Source of the DNA: Candidatus Iainarchaeum sp.
GTDB taxonomy: Archaea > Iainarchaeota > Iainarchaeia > Iainarchaeales > Iainarchaeaceae
Direction: 5' to 3'
Assembly (NCBI GenBank): GCA_043812975.1
Contig: JBDRLP010000027.1
Span: 85,731-149,730 of the forward strand
DNA: 64,000 bases
In this document: one piece after another, positions 45,797-55,697 of the stretch
How the letters are laid out: each line of letters begins with the position of its first letter
Numbering within the stretch: position 1 is the stretch's first letter
Position numbers and translations under genes: made by a program
Notes under the pieces: generated by a model
The model's input: the letters and a program-made list of their open reading frames with translations, nothing else
Told to the model about the DNA's origin: nothing
The model's database searches: none

Positions 45797-46366
45797 TTAA
45801 AAAGATTCAATTGATTTTTGTAATTCTTTTTTTCCGATTATTTTTTTTGCAGAGTAAAGAAACAAAGCCACAATTAAAATCATTAAATCGAATTTTACGA
45901 CAAATAAATGGAAAAAATCAAATCCTTCTAATCCAAAAAAAGCAGCTGCAAATATTACAATTATTATCCGAAGAATGTTTGCCGCAAACAGTATAGGGAT
46001 TCCGAATTTTAATGCGTTTAATTTTTTTTTGATTTTAATTTTTGGCAATGCTAATATCATTGCTGAAAAACCAGCTATCGGAAACCAACCCAAACAAATA
46101 TCGTCTATTGAAACTGCAAAATTACTATATGTTCCGTTTACAACCAAGTTGCTTATTACATTCAGATCAATCTGTACTAAGGGATATGCTAGTTTTACAA
46201 AAAAGTAAGCTATGTTTGCTTCAATTAAGTTTACAAAGTGAAATCCGCCGAATAAGCTTATCAAAAGGTATGAGATAAAAAATACTAAATAGATTGCAAT
46301 TAATCGTAATCCGAAAACCAGAAACCATTTATGAATCCTGCTTAAACCCATTATTTTAATCCTCAT
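45797..46366 (-). CDS. archaeosortase/exosortase-family membrane protease
   Basis: IDDICLGW (Cys), ANILRI (Arg), FFHL (His) in a multi-TM protein. Confidence 0.78.
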   Translation of the reverse strand: MRIKIMGLSRIHKWFLVFGLRLIAIYLVFFISYLLISLFGGFHFVNLIEANIAYFFVKLAYPLVQIDLNVISNLVVNGTYSNFAVSIDDICLGWFPIAGFSAMILALPKIKIKKKLNALKFGIPILFAANILRIIIVIFAAAFFGLEGFDFFHLFVVKFDLMILIVALFLYSAKKIIGKKELQKSIESF

Positions 46367-46419
46367 TTAGGGTATAATAACCCTTATTAATTTTGAATAC
46401 CAATTGTTTAACGGTTCTT

Positions 46420-46962
46420 ATGGAAATAGATATTTTTTTAATTCTAGTATTTATCGGAATAGGTGCTATGTTAGTTTATTGGGGGTATAATTCTAAAAAC
46501 ATCTCCCCTTACAAGAGCAATTTTATTCTTATTGAAGCAGGAATAATCTTTGTTTTTGTTGGAATAGGGTTATTTTTAATCGTTCCAATATTACAATCTT
46601 CTTTTAGTCAAACGCCTGTTTTTAATTCACAGAATGTTCAGATTAATCCTGTGGAAATTAATATGCAGAATATTCAGGTTAATCCTGCGGAAATTAATCC
46701 CGAAAAATTTTCTTTTGTTATTGCAGAAGTGATTTCGGATGTTTCAGAATGCGGTTCAAATTATTGTTTTGATGTTTCAGTAAATGCGGTTATCAAAGGA
46801 GACTTCAGCGTTGGTGAAAAAGTAAAGGTAGAGGTTGACTGTAGCCCCGCGGTTTTTGGGGAAGTTGAAATCCGCGGGGAAAAAGAAGGCAATAAAATAA
46901 ATGCAAAGTGTTCCGGCATTTCGATATCTATGGTTAATGAAGGGGAAGGGGTGCTCGAATGA
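46420..46962 (+). CDS. membrane protein with Cys-containing outer domain
   Basis: Two N-terminal TMs; 36-bp-period duplication at 46630-46698; ATGA overlap with next gene. Confidence 0.65.
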   Translation: MEIDIFLILVFIGIGAMLVYWGYNSKNISPYKSNFILIEAGIIFVFVGIGLFLIVPILQSSFSQTPVFNSQNVQINPVEINMQNIQVNPAEINPEKFSFVIAEVISDVSECGSNYCFDVSVNAVIKGDFSVGEKVKVEVDCSPAVFGEVEIRGEKEGNKINAKCSGISISMVNEGEGVLE

Positions 46963-48557
46963 AGCATTTTCTTTTCGCGTTTTTTTTGATTATTTTTGGT
47001 TTTTCTGTTTTTGCAGCTGACTGCATAGCCCCTGTGCCTTCCTGTGTTGATCAGCCGCAGTGCGCATGTTTGACTTTGTTCGAAACATATGATTCAGAAG
47101 GAACCCCAACTACTAATTTTGGGGCAGGGGACACCATTTACATGGATCTTATTGTGAAAAATGCCGGAACAGCAAAGCTCGAAAACATGAAATTGTTTTA
47201 TCTAATATACGGAGGGGGAACTTTTCCAACAGGAACTTACACTACTATGGTTGTGGATAATCAAGATATTGATGCAGGGAAAGAACTCCCTAAATATACT
47301 AATGTCCAGATTCCTTTGCTTTCCAACATCCCTAAAGAGGATCCAGGGCAAGATTATCGGCTCAACCTTTATGTTTCAAGCGAGTCATATTATTATTATC
47401 AGGTTCCAATAAAAATAATCAATGTAATAAATCCCAATTCTGATTGGGTAGGGGTAACTATTTCAGGCTCAACCAGAAAAGCAGGCACTTCTTGGGCTAG
47501 CTCGACTTATATTCTGCCTGATGGCAAGTTTGATATGCGTTCTTATTTGACAAACACGAATCCTTCTGCCCCTGTTCTGGCGGATATCATGATTTTGACC
47601 GGGGGTATTGAAGCATGTGAAATAGTTCCGCCTGATTTTTCGCCTCTTTCTGGCACAGCATACACCACCAGAAATATTTCAATTCCTGCAGGCGCATCCA
47701 AAAAATATATTTTCGAGAACTGCACACTCAAAGAATCCTATAAAGATGACGGCTCTGTTTACCTTACTCAAAGAGCTTATTATAATGGCAACCTGCTTCA
47801 AAACACTTATCCAAGAGTGGTTGTTGAGGTGCCCAATATAGCTTATTTTAATATCTGGGATACCGATCCTAGCGGTGAAACCGCGCTAATGCCCGGTGAA
47901 GACAAAACAATCGGCGTGAATTTAACGGTTTCCTTTGCCAATCTCCCTCCTGGCTCAAAAGCAGTTTTCAAATTCACTGATTACATTAATGGCGAAAGCA
48001 TTCCTGATGTTGAAGTAGATATTTCAGGCCTTGCTATTGGCAATCATGACATATTCGCAACAATAACTTATCCTGTTTCAGCTCCAGGACCGTCTAATCT
48101 GTATAATGTGCATGTTTCCTTGGAAGATGCAAGCGGAACTCCTTTCATAATAATTTGGGGTACTACGTCTAAGACTTTTTCCCCTCCTTCTCCGAATGTG
48201 GTAGTTGATCTTGCTGCAGGAACAGTTACTCCAAGTGCAATATGCACTCTTACTGATATCACCAGTTTGAGAAAAAGCCTTGAGTGTACTTTGCCTACAG
48301 GGCAGCAGGTTGTTTTGATTGGGGGAGAAGGCTACGATATAAGTGATATTACTGTAACGGGCGCAAGTCAGTACATTTTTCAAAGCGTAGGGGATAATCA
48401 GTATCTTTATGTGTGGAGGCAGTCAAACCCAGTGGTGATAGAGTTCAGTGTGCATTCAGAATTCTCTTCAATTCCTGCGCCTGATTTTATTGAAACTTTA
48501 GGGATTATTGGGGTGGCTTCTTTGTTTTTGTTTTTCTTTGTGAGGAAGATACAATGA
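46959..48557 (+). CDS. exported beta-rich surface protein with C-terminal sorting-like signal
   Basis: Signal peptide ending VFA; tail IPAPDF-TM-RK. Confidence 0.78.
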   Translation: MKHFLFAFFLIIFGFSVFAADCIAPVPSCVDQPQCACLTLFETYDSEGTPTTNFGAGDTIYMDLIVKNAGTAKLENMKLFYLIYGGGTFPTGTYTTMVVDNQDIDAGKELPKYTNVQIPLLSNIPKEDPGQDYRLNLYVSSESYYYYQVPIKIINVINPNSDWVGVTISGSTRKAGTSWASSTYILPDGKFDMRSYLTNTNPSAPVLADIMILTGGIEACEIVPPDFSPLSGTAYTTRNISIPAGASKKYIFENCTLKESYKDDGSVYLTQRAYYNGNLLQNTYPRVVVEVPNIAYFNIWDTDPSGETALMPGEDKTIGVNLTVSFANLPPGSKAVFKFTDYINGESIPDVEVDISGLAIGNHDIFATITYPVSAPGPSNLYNVHVSLEDASGTPFIIIWGTTSKTFSPPSPNVVVDLAAGTVTPSAICTLTDITSLRKSLECTLPTGQQVVLIGGEGYDISDITVTGASQYIFQSVGDNQYLYVWRQSNPVVIEFSVHSEFSSIPAPDFIETLGIIGVASLFLFFFVRKIQ

Positions 48558-48748
48558 ATTTGGAAGATTTTTTTAATGATGAAAAAGCTCAGGGTTCTCA
48601 GGAATATATAATGTTAATCGGCGGAGCAGTACTTATTGCTATTGTAATTATTACTTTGGTTTTAAGTCTCACAGGAACTTCTAAAGGAACTACGGCTGGC
48701 AGTGTAAGAGAGTATGATAATATTTTTGAAAGATTCAGAAGGGATTAG
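48554..48748 (+). CDS. mini-pilin with class III signal
   Basis: EKA|QGSQEYIMLIGGAVLIA, close to the N-terminus of pilin 34001-34267. Confidence 0.8.
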   Translation: MNLEDFFNDEKAQGSQEYIMLIGGAVLIAIVIITLVLSLTGTSKGTTAGSVREYDNIFERFRRD

Positions 48749-49717
48749 TTATTTTTTGTATTTCAAAAACTGTGCAAGCAGAGCTTCCAACTGAACTCTC
48801 TCATTTGCCCCTTCAACCATTCTGAAATTATATTCTCCGATTGTATCAATCAGTTCGATTTTGGTTTTGCCTGGAACTTCGCTTTCATCCATTGCAATGA
48901 GTTCGCGATGCAATTGTAAAATAACATCTTCTCCAGACATTCCGTATTCATAAAGCATTTTATCCAGCGAATTTCTTGCTTCCAAAAAGTTTCCATCAAG
49001 TGCTTGTTTAATCATTTGTTTTATTTCATCAGGTCTTGCTTTTGATGAAACTTCATAAATTACTTTATCAGTAATTTTTTCTCCCGTTACTGCTGAAGCC
49101 TGTAAAATATTAATTGCTTTTCTCATGTCTCCTTCACAAACATAAACTATTGCTTCTATTGCTTTGTCATTGATTTCAATTTTTTCTGTTTTTGCGATTT
49201 CTTTTATTTTTTTTTCTATGTCTTTCGCTGAAAGCTGACTGAACCGGAAAACAACACACCTTGATTGAATAGGTTCAATAATTTTGCTTGAATAGTTGCA
49301 TGACAAAATAAATCTGCAGGTTCTTGCATATTTTTCCATTGTTCTTCTCAATGCCTGTTGCGCATCAGTTGTTAAAGCATCGCTTTCATCCAAAAAAATT
49401 ATTTTAAAACCAAAGTCAAAAGCAAGGGTGCGCGCAAAATTTTTTATTGTGTTTCTTACAACATCAATTCCTCTTTCATCAGAAGCATTTAATTCCAGAA
49501 AATTCTGGGAAAAACTATCTTTGAAAAATTCTTTTGCAAGTGCAACTGAACAGGATGTTTTTCCTATTCCTGCCTGCCCTGAAAAGAGTAAATTGGACAT
49601 AGTGTTGTTTTTTACGTAATTTTCAAGTCTTCTTGTAATTTCTTTTTGCCCTACAATTTCGCTCAATGTTTCTGGCCGGTATTTTTCAACCCACGGCAAT
49701 TCTGTAATATCTGGCAT
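48749..49717 (-). CDS. rfcS: replication factor C small subunit
   Basis: PWVEKYRP, GQAGIGKT, ELNASDERG, IQSRC; no intein. Confidence 0.95.
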   Translation of the reverse strand: MPDITELPWVEKYRPETLSEIVGQKEITRRLENYVKNNTMSNLLFSGQAGIGKTSCSVALAKEFFKDSFSQNFLELNASDERGIDVVRNTIKNFARTLAFDFGFKIIFLDESDALTTDAQQALRRTMEKYARTCRFILSCNYSSKIIEPIQSRCVVFRFSQLSAKDIEKKIKEIAKTEKIEINDKAIEAIVYVCEGDMRKAINILQASAVTGEKITDKVIYEVSSKARPDEIKQMIKQALDGNFLEARNSLDKMLYEYGMSGEDVILQLHRELIAMDESEVPGKTKIELIDTIGEYNFRMVEGANERVQLEALLAQFLKYKK

Positions 49718-49776
49718 GAAAAAGATTGAAATCATAATAGTTATAAACCAATTGCGACCATTTTACGTAGGTTTAA

Positions 49777-50253
49777 ATGTCTTCAAATACTCCTAAAGTT
49801 TTGTTTGTTTTTGCACTTGTTTACATTGCATTATATGCAATCAGCCTGTTTACTCCTCTGCAGGACTGGACTTTAACAGGTCTTGACAAACTTGATTATA
49901 CTTTATTTCTACTTCCTTTTCCGGGATTTTTCTTTATTTATTTGCTTGTCCCTTGGATTAGGGAAGACCTGGGTTTTGGGAATCTTTTCGTGTATATTTT
50001 TCCTATTGTTTTTGCAGTAGGGTCATTTTTTGCTTTTTATGTTGCAGCATTTTACTATTTTGGAAACCAAGCATTGTTAGGCGGAGTAGATATTTCTGCT
50101 TTTGGTATTGATTATTTTGACCAGTTCATTAAGTCTTCTTTTATTTTCTTTGTATTAGCCGGAATTGGTGGTTGGGGAGCAAGAGTTCTAATTGAAAACT
50201 TTGATGAAGAAACACCTGCTGATGCTAAATCCGTTGTCAGTTCAACTAACTGA
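49777..50253 (+). CDS. 4-TM membrane protein
   Basis: Hydrophobic segments only. Confidence 0.6.
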   Translation: MSSNTPKVLFVFALVYIALYAISLFTPLQDWTLTGLDKLDYTLFLLPFPGFFFIYLLVPWIREDLGFGNLFVYIFPIVFAVGSFFAFYVAAFYYFGNQALLGGVDISAFGIDYFDQFIKSSFIFFVLAGIGGWGARVLIENFDEETPADAKSVVSSTN

Positions 50254-50280
50254 ATAAATAATATTTTTTGGAGCTTTGTT

Positions 50281-51525
50281 ATGAAAATTTACGTCGAGGG
50301 CTATGGCTGTTCTATGAACCTTGCCGAAACTGAAGCGATAAAAGGCCATGTTTCCTCAAACAAAATTTTAATTTCTGACAAATCTAATGCGGATTTTTTA
50401 GTTATCAATACTTGTGCGGTTAAAGAACAAACTGAACTAAAAATGTTAAACAGAATTAAAGCGCTTAATGAACTCGCAGAAAAAAATAATTCCCAGTTAA
50501 TTGTTTTCGGCTGTCTTCCTAAAGTAAGTCCCAACCTTGTTGAAAAAATCTCTCCGAATATTATTCAAATGGGGCCTGATCTTGAAAAACTTTCTCAGGT
50601 TCTCGGAATTAGAGAAGCAGAATTTTCGCCAAGTATTAATGCGGTTCGTGAAAATCCTTTTGTAACAATAATGCCTATAGGAAAAGGCTGTACAAATTTC
50701 TGTACCTTTTGCGGAACAAAATTAGCAAGGGGCAATGTGAAAAGTTATACTGTTGAACAGCTGAAAGAAAAATTTACCAGTTCTTTGAAAGAAAACAAAG
50801 AGTTCTGGTTAACAGGCCAGGATACTGGCGCATATGGTTTGGATATTAACAGTTCGCTTCCAAAGTTATTGCAAAGTTTTTTGGATGTTAAAGATGAATT
50901 CAGGTTAAGAGTAGGTATGATGAATCCTCATCATTTAAAGAGAATTTACAATGAGTTAATTCCTCTGTTTGAGGATGAAAGAATTTACAAGTTTTTGCAT
51001 GTTCCTGTCCAGTCCGGTTCTGACAGGATATTAAAATTGATGCGCAGAGGTTATACAGTTGGCCAGTACAAAGAACTAATTGAAAATCTTAAGAAAGACA
51101 TTCCAAATATTACAATTGCTACTGATATTATTGTCGGGTTTCCAACAGAAACAGAGAATGAATTTTTAGATACTTTGAATCTGGTGAAAGAAACCAAACC
51201 TGATGTTATTAATATGTCGAGATTTGGTGCAAGACCTGGCACAGTTGCTTTTGATATGCCTCAATTGCATGGCAGGGATAAAAAGGAAAGGAGCAGAAAA
51301 CTTACTTCTGTATGCCGAGCTGTTGCTTTTCAGCAGAACAAAAGGATGCTGGGGTCTGTCGGGAATGCTTTTGTTTCTGAGAAAGGCACTAATGGAAAAT
51401 TTGTGGGCAGAACCTCTAATTATAAGCCAGTTCTGCTAGATTCTGACTTAAGGGGTCAATTTGTTAATGTAGAAGTCACTGAAATATTCCCTTTTTACCT
51501 AAAAGGCAGGGTTTTTGGCAATTGA
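50281..51525 (+). CDS. tRNA methylthiotransferase (MiaB-like, archaeal MtaB type)
   Basis: YGCSMN, NTCAV, CTNFCTFC radical-SAM motif, RVGMMNP, TRAM-like C-terminus. Confidence 0.9.
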   Translation: MKIYVEGYGCSMNLAETEAIKGHVSSNKILISDKSNADFLVINTCAVKEQTELKMLNRIKALNELAEKNNSQLIVFGCLPKVSPNLVEKISPNIIQMGPDLEKLSQVLGIREAEFSPSINAVRENPFVTIMPIGKGCTNFCTFCGTKLARGNVKSYTVEQLKEKFTSSLKENKEFWLTGQDTGAYGLDINSSLPKLLQSFLDVKDEFRLRVGMMNPHHLKRIYNELIPLFEDERIYKFLHVPVQSGSDRILKLMRRGYTVGQYKELIENLKKDIPNITIATDIIVGFPTETENEFLDTLNLVKETKPDVINMSRFGARPGTVAFDMPQLHGRDKKERSRKLTSVCRAVAFQQNKRMLGSVGNAFVSEKGTNGKFVGRTSNYKPVLLDSDLRGQFVNVEVTEIFPFYLKGRVFGN

Positions 51526-51572
51526 AACTTTTTTAATATCTTTCAAACATCCTTTACATTAGGGGTTTTATA

Positions 51573-52304
51573 ATGAGCTTTAATGATGCAATTATCAGTT
51601 ATAAAAAAAACATTTCAACAGCATTCAGCTTTGCATTGCTGCTTGTTTTTGTTCTGCCATTTGTCTGGCTTTCAAATGCATTCATCTCATCAGGTACTGT
51701 GCTTATAGATTATGGTTTTCTGAAAGAACCTATTTTAGATGCAGTATTGCTCCTTATAACTTCGCTGGTTTTTTTGTATTTTTATTCTTTATTTGTGTGC
51801 TTAATGGTTTTTTCAGTAAGGAAGGATTTGAGCAATGTAAAAATAAATTATTTCCTGAACGAGAAAATCCACAAACTCGCATTCAAATATTTCAGGTTTC
51901 TTGCGATATTTACTGTAATCGCAGCATTAGTTTCTTCTCTGCTTATAGATTACGGGATTCCTATTGAAATAATTAATTTAATTTTGTTTATAATTTCATC
52001 TTCTTTCTTATTTTTGGGCCAGACAATTGTTGTTGATGAGGAAAGTTTGAGTAGTTCTGTACTTTCAAACTGGGATTTTATATTAAAGAATTTTTCAGAT
52101 TTTATTTTAGTGATTATAATTGGAGCAGTTAGCATTTTTATACTGCAATTGCTAGAATTTGTTATAGATTACTTTTTGCTTGTAGGAAATTTCGTTTCAC
52201 TTTTAATCGCATTGATTTTTTTAGTTCCTTTTTTGGAAGTTTTAAAAACCAGAATTTATATGGAAAGATTTGAACTTATCAAAAGTTATCATTCTACTAA
52301 ATAA
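51573..52304 (+). CDS. polytopic membrane protein
   Basis: About six TM segments. Confidence 0.6.
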   Translation: MSFNDAIISYKKNISTAFSFALLLVFVLPFVWLSNAFISSGTVLIDYGFLKEPILDAVLLLITSLVFLYFYSLFVCLMVFSVRKDLSNVKINYFLNEKIHKLAFKYFRFLAIFTVIAALVSSLLIDYGIPIEIINLILFIISSSFLFLGQTIVVDEESLSSSVLSNWDFILKNFSDFILVIIIGAVSIFILQLLEFVIDYFLLVGNFVSLLIALIFLVPFLEVLKTRIYMERFELIKSYHSTK

Positions 52305-53838
52305 TTTTAACACTTGGAACATCATTTAGTAATTCTTCTGCTTCTTTGACACTTGAAACTTTATATTTGAAGCCGTAGCTTTTTCTTTGACGTGTATTTA
52401 CTTGCAGTAACATTTCCTGTGTTTTTTCAAAGTCTTCAGAAATCCCGAATTTTTCCAGCGAGTCTTTTTCATTCATTTGCATTGTTATAAACTTTTTTTT
52501 CTGGAAAAAAGAAATAATATTTTCAGCAGCCTTGTTCGGATTATTTTCTTTTAACTGTGAGCTTACACTAAATAACCCCGCAAGATTTATTCCGGTTGAT
52601 ACTTCATCCAGAATGTTCGCGTCGATATATTTCCTTTTTTTCAGCAATTCTTTTTTCTCTTCAGCTAATTCCTCAACTATTTTTGATATTTTTTCAAGAT
52701 TTTCATAAAACATATTTTCATTTTCTGCAGATGTCATAAATGTTTTTTCCAGGTTAATTCCTGTTAATTGAAGTAACCCATTAGTATTTCCGGTTATTAC
52801 ACCGAAATCAAAGTGGGTTGTTCTTTCTTTTGAATTATTGCCTAGAGTAATCCCTTTGATGTTTTTCCCGTCAAGAAGTTTAAGTTTGTATTTGGTGTCA
52901 ATTGCTATTATTGGGTTGAACGAATTAGTTTTTTCTGAGAGGAAAGTGTTTGCGATTTGGGTTGCCTTTTTTTTATGCCCTGAAAACCCCTGCCATTCAA
53001 AATCATTAAACAATGCCAGTTCAACAGTTCTTTTTTTAGTGAGAGAAAAAATCAAATCAATCGCTTTTATCTCTTCTTCGATTTTCTTTTTTGATTTTAA
53101 GTTTGTTGAATTAGAAAGTGAAAAATTCATTGCTCTAGGAGTCAAAGGTATTGTTGATTGTTGGTCAATAGCAAAGGCATTTACTGCTAGTTCTTCTTTT
53201 GTTCCGTCTAAAAAATCTGAAAAGCAAAAAATTTTTGTTGAAAAATCTTCAGGGGCATAAATATGAATTAGTGAATCAAAATGCATTTCTCTTGCTTTTT
53301 TGTTGATTACTTTTAGCCAGTTATATTCTCTGAAGATTTCCGGATTATTGTTCGAGTTTTCCTCGAGTTTTTTTTCAACCTCAAACACAGGCATTCCCAA
53401 TCTTGCATACTGGGAGTGAATAGGTTCATGTCCATAACCAAGAAGTTTTACATTAACCATTTCTCTTATCAGGTGTGTATTCAAATATTCTATTTTCAGG
53501 TCTTTAATTTCATCCTCTACTTCGCTCCCGATTTTTTCAGCCACGCCTCTGCTGATGCTTGTTTCTTTTAATAAAGATTTAATTATGTTTCCTCTGTCAA
53601 ATGCTTCGCGTTTTTCTTTTGAAGTAAAAACTTTTAGTTTTTCAAATGACCTGAATGTTTTTGCTGCATCGGGATTTAGTTTTTCCAAAGTTTCGGCGGC
53701 TTTTTTTCTTAGTTGTTTTTCTGTTCCCGGAAAAGTCTCAAGTTCTTTAAGTACTTTCATAACTTCCCATTTTGAAGCTCCGCTTTCCTGACACTCTAAA
53801 ATTAGTTTTTGTATTGTTTCCTTAATTGCGTTCTGCAT
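52297..53838 (-). CDS. ATP-cone protein, degenerate class III ribonucleotide reductase (NrdD)-like
   Basis: ATP cone (FDRGNIIKSLLKET...LIREMV), RLGMPVFEV, MHFDSLIHI; no RxxGY glycyl-radical loop or C-terminal CxxC. Confidence 0.68.
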   Translation of the reverse strand: MQNAIKETIQKLILECQESGASKWEVMKVLKELETFPGTEKQLRKKAAETLEKLNPDAAKTFRSFEKLKVFTSKEKREAFDRGNIIKSLLKETSISRGVAEKIGSEVEDEIKDLKIEYLNTHLIREMVNVKLLGYGHEPIHSQYARLGMPVFEVEKKLEENSNNNPEIFREYNWLKVINKKAREMHFDSLIHIYAPEDFSTKIFCFSDFLDGTKEELAVNAFAIDQQSTIPLTPRAMNFSLSNSTNLKSKKKIEEEIKAIDLIFSLTKKRTVELALFNDFEWQGFSGHKKKATQIANTFLSEKTNSFNPIIAIDTKYKLKLLDGKNIKGITLGNNSKERTTHFDFGVITGNTNGLLQLTGINLEKTFMTSAENENMFYENLEKISKIVEELAEEKKELLKKRKYIDANILDEVSTGINLAGLFSVSSQLKENNPNKAAENIISFFQKKKFITMQMNEKDSLEKFGISEDFEKTQEMLLQVNTRQRKSYGFKYKVSSVKEAEELLNDVPSVKII

Positions 53839-53938
53839 GCAAATAATAAACCAATAAAACTCTTAACCTTGCTTGGTTTTTGGAAAATTAACTTTTTAAT
53901 GCTTTTGTGTTTGTTTATTTAATAATCTGAGGTGTTTT

Positions 53939-54412
53939 TTGTTGGAATCACTTGATAAAATCGATAACAAAATTATTAGTATGCTTTTAGAGGATGGCAG
54001 AGCTTCTTTCAGTAATATAGCCGGAGAAGTGAAACTAACCGATGTTGCCATTAAAAAGCGTTTTGAGAGGTTAAAGAGAAAGGGCATTATTAATTCTATT
54101 ACTGCTGATCTGAATTTGAGGACTCTTGGGTATGAAAACCCTATTTTTGTCCAGATTCGTTCTGAACTTTCAAAGAATAAGGATGTTATCAAGAAACTAA
54201 AGGAGCTTGATTATGTACTAGATCTTAATCAGGTTTTGGGGGAATATAATATTTTAGCAAAGCTCGTTGTTCCTGATCTTGATTCTGCTGAAAAGTTTGT
54301 TGAAAGCTTGTCTAAAATGGACGGTATTCTTGACATAAAAACTCTTGTTGTTATTTCAGAGGTAAAAAAATCCAAAGCTTTGCCTTCATTTTCTTTACAG
54401 AAAAGATTATGA
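53939..54412 (+). CDS. Lrp/AsnC transcriptional regulator
   Basis: LDKIDNKII..L.EDGRASFSNIA HTH; GEYNIL RAM domain. Confidence 0.92.
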   Translation: MLESLDKIDNKIISMLLEDGRASFSNIAGEVKLTDVAIKKRFERLKRKGIINSITADLNLRTLGYENPIFVQIRSELSKNKDVIKKLKELDYVLDLNQVLGEYNILAKLVVPDLDSAEKFVESLSKMDGILDIKTLVVISEVKKSKALPSFSLQKRL

Positions 54413-55618
54413 AATTTTCTTGCTTTCTCTGAGTGATTTTTTTTCTATCAGTTCTTCCTGTAGTTTTTCTTCTTCGGTTTTGGGTCGAACCATAATGCGT
54501 GTTATTATTAGTGAAAGAAGTATGCTGATTATTATTGCTATATAGGTTATTTTTACAATTATTTCCGCTCCAATAATCCCATAAGCAGGTATCAAAACCA
54601 GCGGGGCTAAAGCTGCAGGTGAAACCCCTTTCGGAGCAATTAAACCAATTTTAATTTTTTCTGCAAGATTAAATTCTGAATTAAAAAGCACAACCATTAC
54701 TGTAAGCATTCTTGCGAGTATAAGTGCTATTATAACTGCTAGTATTTCCTGTCTGGTGAAAATCAAATCACTTACATGGAATTGTGCACCTAAAAGCACG
54801 AACACAAATAGCGTTGAGATAAATGCTAATTCTGAATTGAATTCTCCTAAAAAAGTTTTTTTAGGAAAATGTCCTGCGTTTAATAGTATGCTGCAAACAG
54901 CAACTGCCATTATTCCTGATCCTAGTAATTGTTCTGCAATAACATAAGTTGCTATTGCTATTGCTAATCCTAAAGTTTGACTGTGCTCTAGTTTTGCCTG
55001 TGTTAAAAGTTTTTTTCCTATGACTCCGCCTGTAGCACCAACTATGATTCCGATTGTGATTAGTAAAAATAATTTTGGAACATTCAGTAACACATCTTCC
55101 GGTATTGCAATAAAATCAAGCAAAAGCAGAGGAAGTATTACTGTTACAGGGGAATTGAACAAACTTTCTGCCCTTAAAAGTTCACCAACCTTGCTTTCCT
55201 TTTTTGGTAATGCTTGTGAAATAGCTGCAGGGTCGGTTCCTGAAAGTAAAACCCCTAAGAATGCTGCGGTTATAAGAGGAATTGGAAGTAAGTAAAGGGT
55301 AGTTGTGGTGATCATTAAAGTAGTAAGCAGGACTCCGATTGTGGCCAGCATTACAAGTGATTTTGAATGCTTTTTCAGTTCCTCTACATTTAGGTAAAAT
55401 GCTGAACTAAAAACAACAAGTATTAATGCTACTGTTCTGATCATTTCTGGTAATGGGTCAAGGCTTTTTACATCAATTATCCCGTAAGTTGCAAGTAAAG
55501 TACCTCCTAAAACAAGCAGGACTATAAAAGGTATTTTGGCCTTATCTGCGAGTTCTTTAAGAAAAAAACTAACAACCAAAATTATTGCTAACTGGCTTAA
55601 AACATCAAGCATGAACAA
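54407..55618 (-). CDS. cation:proton antiporter (CPA1/NhaP-like)
   Basis: GTDPAA, AESLFNS, PKG; about 12 TMs. Confidence 0.85.
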   Translation of the reverse strand: MFMLDVLSQLAIILVVSFFLKELADKAKIPFIVLLVLGGTLLATYGIIDVKSLDPLPEMIRTVALILVVFSSAFYLNVEELKKHSKSLVMLATIGVLLTTLMITTTTLYLLPIPLITAAFLGVLLSGTDPAAISQALPKKESKVGELLRAESLFNSPVTVILPLLLLDFIAIPEDVLLNVPKLFLLITIGIIVGATGGVIGKKLLTQAKLEHSQTLGLAIAIATYVIAEQLLGSGIMAVAVCSILLNAGHFPKKTFLGEFNSELAFISTLFVFVLLGAQFHVSDLIFTRQEILAVIIALILARMLTVMVVLFNSEFNLAEKIKIGLIAPKGVSPAALAPLVLIPAYGIIGAEIIVKITYIAIIISILLSLIITRIMVRPKTEEEKLQEELIEKKSLRESKKIS

Positions 55619-55697
55619 TTAATGGTTTTCAGATTTTTAATCTTTTTCACTGCCATTTAAATTCTTTTTCAGGTGAAAACTTAATTAGCTGAGGATT

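Noticed and set aside
46630..46698. 36-bp-period tandem duplication
   Set aside because: In-frame protein linker repeat (QNVQINPVEIN/QNIQVNPAEIN)
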